A DNA stretch of 64,000 nucleotides from NCBI GenBank assembly GCA_965275955.1, contig OZ254961.1, positions 301,817-365,816 on the forward strand, written 5' to 3'. This stretch comes from Amoebophilaceae bacterium. Its GTDB lineage: Bacteria; Bacteroidota; Bacteroidia; Cytophagales; Amoebophilaceae. Below, in pieces: positions 61,246 through 64,000 of the stretch. The translations under genes and the position numbers were made by a program. A model generated the notes under the pieces. It saw only the letters and a program-made list of their open reading frames with translations. It was not told where the DNA came from and ran no database searches. Position 1 is the stretch's first letter. Each line of letters starts with the position of its first letter.

Positions 61246-64000
61246 ATGCATCACTTCAATATAGACTATCTGATAGTAGCGATCTTTCTACTCCTTACGC
61301 TGCTTATCGGACTACTAACGGGTAGAGGGATTAAAGACATTAGGGAGTATGCGATTGCTAATAGGATGTTTGGGACAGGAGCGTTGGTATTGACTTGGTT
61401 GGCCACAGATATTGCAGGAGAAACTGTCTTGGATATGGCTGGTTCCGTGAGGACAGAAGGTATTCTGCAACCCTTGACTGTTTCAGGAGGTTGCAGTATT
61501 GCCTTGCTCATGCAGGCGTTGTTTTTCGCTCCTAAGTTCACAAACTTTCAGGGCTGTATTACCATGGGAGATGTTATCGGGCATCTCTACAAAGGTCCTA
61601 GCCAGATAATTACAGGGCTATTAAGTTTTTTTACGGCACTCTGCATTGCAGGCATGGAGATCACCGTGATAGGGATCCTGTGTGAGACAATGCTAGGTAT
61701 CGATTATCGTTGGGGAGTAGGAGTAGGCGGACTGATATTGGTGTTATACACAGTACATGGCGGCATAAAGTCTGTGACCTTTACAGACCTTTTTCAATTT
61801 CTAGTTCTGATTGTTGTTCTACCTGTGATTACAGCTACAGCTTTGGACTATGCAGCAGGCATCAAACATGTGTTCTCCCAGGTACCTAGTACGCAATTTC
61901 GCGTATTTGATCACCCTAAGGCACCGAATTACTTAGCTCTGTTTTTATCAATCAGTGTTTTTCAGTTTGCTTACGTTGACCCCGCTCTGATACAGAGGAT
62001 ACTCATGGGCAAGACTAAAAAGCAGTTACGCAACCAGTTTTTTATTGTTGCTTCCGTTTTATTGGCCTTGATGCTGACTTTATCACTGCTGGGCCTTACA
62101 AGCATTGTATTATATCCGGAGGATACAGATCCTCGCATAGTAGTACGTATTGTTAGCGACATTTTACCCGTAGGTATTAAAGGTCTGGCAATGGCGGGAC
62201 TCTTTGCTGTCACTATGGCTACTTTTGATTCTTTTTTACATGCAGCAGGCCTAACACTAGTACATGATGTGATAAGACCTTTGTATAACCGCAGAGATGG
62301 TACACTTAATGAGCTAGCCTGGACGCGTTATGTGACTTTTTTGACAGGTCTTGTAATTATCGCTGTTGGGCTGGTACGCGCAGAAGATCTTTACAGCTTT
62401 GTTCTGATCTCTTATAAGTTTACAGCACCATTACTCGCTTTCCCACTTTTTTTGGGTGTTTTAGGGCTGAAGCCTGATAGTTATGCTTATTATAGTGCCG
62501 CAGGGGTTGCTATCGTAGTGCTCTTAATTGCTGATTTTCTGTTACCAGCAGAGCTGGATAATTTTTCGCCGCTCATCAGTGTGGTAGCTAATGGTATTGT
62601 CTTTTTGGGCATACACACTGTACGCAACAATGGTTTTCTGATCATCAATTATGATAGGAAAACGACATATCTATGGAAGCCAAGTCGTAAAGCTCTCCTA
62701 GCCCAGCTTCAAACCTTGATGCCAACCCCCCATAACATAGTTGAATATTCGCAAAAGCAGGTAGCAAAGTACGATGCTCCTTACAGGCTGCTAGGAATCT
62801 TCTGTATTGTCAACTACATAGTCCCCTATTTTATGTGGGAGCATGGTAGTGTCCAGTCACCTGAGCTCATGCTCTATTTGCGTTTCATAGGCGCTATGGC
62901 CTGTGGCTTACTGGTGGTCAAAGACAAATGGCCCCAGTCTCTCTTGCCGTATCTGCCCACCTTCTGGCACTTCACCCTACTCTATTGTATTCCCTTCACC
63001 AGCACAGTGATGTTTCTCCTGACCCAAGGCAGTGTAGAATGGCTCATCAATGTGGCTATCGCCATCATGTTCCTCATTGTGCTTGTAGACTGGCTTACCT
63101 TCCTCCTCCTCGCTATACTTGGTGTAGGCTTAGGATGCCTCTTCTATAGACTGGCCCTAGGCCCTATCGACCTGCAGCTGGACTTTACTACCGGCTATTT
63201 GCTGGTCTACCAGGGTATTTTTGCCACCTTGATTGGCTTGCTCTTTGCCCGCAGGCAACAAAAAAGAGCTAATAAGGTACAAAAGAAGCTAGTCCATAGA
63301 GACAAAGAAACTCAAACTAGCCTACTAAAAACCGCCGAAGAAAGATTTAAAGCCCTTAAAACCCTCCAAGACGCAAGAGTACATAACTTGCTGAAAGTAG
63401 CCCAAGATCTGCAAGGGCTACCTGTAGAAGGGGAAGCGGCTCAGAAGCTCCAAGCTATAGAAGCAATGCTTATCCCTATGGCTTTCCAGCTGCAAGGCAT
63501 TGAGACCAGGACTGAGGAGTACTTACGGCTCCAGGTGGGTTCAGTGCCTATCGAACAGTGGCTGACCAAAGTACAAGAAAAACTACAAGACGACGGCGTA
63601 GCGCAACCCATACGCTGCCAGCAAGCTACCCAGCACAAGGAACTCGTCTGTGACCCCGAACAACTGATCACCCTGCTCATTAAGAGTATCGCTGCCCTAC
63701 AGGAGCGACCCGAGGAACAGCAGGAAGATGGGGAGCAACCTCTCTTACTCGGCCTAGAAGACACCTGGCTCCACTACCCACTCCCCGATGTAGCCGAAGG
63801 CTACATTAAAAAAGTGCAGGCCCTGCGTATTGTGGTCACTCAAGAGGAGAACTTGCCAGTCCTAGCGCCAAGCTACCAGCCCAACTTAACAACATCTAGA
63901 CTGATCGCCTCGACAACCCCCAGAGCACTCGAGCAACTGAATAACGAACGGATTGTCAAGGCTCACTATGGGTATACTGAGGTAACCCCCAATACGCTGT
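61246..64000 (+). CDS. Sodium:solute-symporter-like domain, second membrane module and degenerate histidine-kinase-like tail (paralogue P2), open at the window end
   Basis: This ORF is not in the supplied track because it has no stop inside the window. The ATG at 61246 opens 918 uninterrupted codons. MHHFNIDYLIVAIFLLLTLLIGLLTGRGIKDIREYAIANRMFGTGA parallels the P1 N-terminus. It also has HGGIKSVTFTDLFQF and a second membrane block WPQSLLPYLPTFWHFTLLYCIPF. The cytoplasmic tail ends in ..RIVKAHYGYTEV. Confidence 0.8.
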   Translation, partial: MHHFNIDYLIVAIFLLLTLLIGLLTGRGIKDIREYAIANRMFGTGALVLTWLATDIAGETVLDMAGSVRTEGILQPLTVSGGCSIALLMQALFFAPKFTNFQGCITMGDVIGHLYKGPSQIITGLLSFFTALCIAGMEITVIGILCETMLGIDYRWGVGVGGLILVLYTVHGGIKSVTFTDLFQFLVLIVVLPVITATALDYAAGIKHVFSQVPSTQFRVFDHPKAPNYLALFLSISVFQFAYVDPALIQRILMGKTKKQLRNQFFIVASVLLALMLTLSLLGLTSIVLYPEDTDPRIVVRIVSDILPVGIKGLAMAGLFAVTMATFDSFLHAAGLTLVHDVIRPLYNRRDGTLNELAWTRYVTFLTGLVIIAVGLVRAEDLYSFVLISYKFTAPLLAFPLFLGVLGLKPDSYAYYSAAGVAIVVLLIADFLLPAELDNFSPLISVVANGIVFLGIHTVRNNGFLIINYDRKTTYLWKPSRKALLAQLQTLMPTPHNIVEYSQKQVAKYDAPYRLLGIFCIVNYIVPYFMWEHGSVQSPELMLYLRFIGAMACGLLVVKDKWPQSLLPYLPTFWHFTLLYCIPFTSTVMFLLTQGSVEWLINVAIAIMFLIVLVDWLTFLLLAILGVGLGCLFYRLALGPIDLQLDFTTGYLLVYQGIFATLIGLLFARRQQKRANKVQKKLVHRDKETQTSLLKTAEERFKALKTLQDARVHNLLKVAQDLQGLPVEGEAAQKLQAIEAMLIPMAFQLQGIETRTEEYLRLQVGSVPIEQWLTKVQEKLQDDGVAQPIRCQQATQHKELVCDPEQLITLLIKSIAALQERPEEQQEDGEQPLLLGLEDTWLHYPLPDVAEGYIKKVQALRIVVTQEENLPVLAPSYQPNLTTSRLIASTTPRALEQLNNERIVKAHYGYTEVTPNTL

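Overview
This window is a gene-dense, mostly housekeeping chromosomal segment. Hand-sampled lines give about 48-52% GC. It most likely comes from a Bacteroidota-like bacterium. That is an inference from three things: TTG-N19-TAnnTTTG promoter motifs, an rpmF-fabH-efp-accB-accC cluster, and TIGR02757 and RpoN genes.

I can support about 50 protein-coding genes:
- Replication and repair: gyrB, dnaB, dnaG, polA, ruvA, mfd, a DnaQ-like exonuclease and a photolyase.
- Translation: mnmA, trmB, efp, rpmF, glyQS, asnS.
- Lipid synthesis: accA, accB, accC, fabH, a PlsC-family acyltransferase.
- Central metabolism: gap, pckA, ppk.
- Envelope: lgt, yidD, sanA, outer-membrane barrels.
- Others: nuoABC, rpoN, dnaK, crtI-crtB.

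There are also 7 tRNA genes: Glu (partial), Asp, Arg-TCT, Ala-GGC, Arg-ACG and Arg-TCG. I recognised no rRNA, CRISPR array, transposase, integrase or phage gene, and I cannot point to a clear self-contained novel system.

The observations most worth a second look:
1. A gene graveyard at 19.8-20.5 kb holds orphan fragments of topA and of a RelA/SpoT HD domain.
2. Two inverted paralogues, 38 kb apart, fuse a sodium:solute-symporter-like domain, a second membrane module and a degenerate histidine-kinase-like tail. One is frameshifted. Their first ~135 nt are unusually similar.
3. Three frameshifts all sit in homopolymer runs, so they may be real decay or assembly error.
4. A family of at least five structured, GC-rich palindromic repeats lies just downstream of genes.
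5. An AT-rich islet at 39.6-42.0 kb encodes a GNAT acetyltransferase with a lipoprotein signal peptide.
6. A HAD-like gene is wedged into the conserved rpmF-fabH lipid cluster.
7. A stand-alone nuoABC triplet has no nuoD after it.

All homology calls come from motif recognition by eye. No database search was run.
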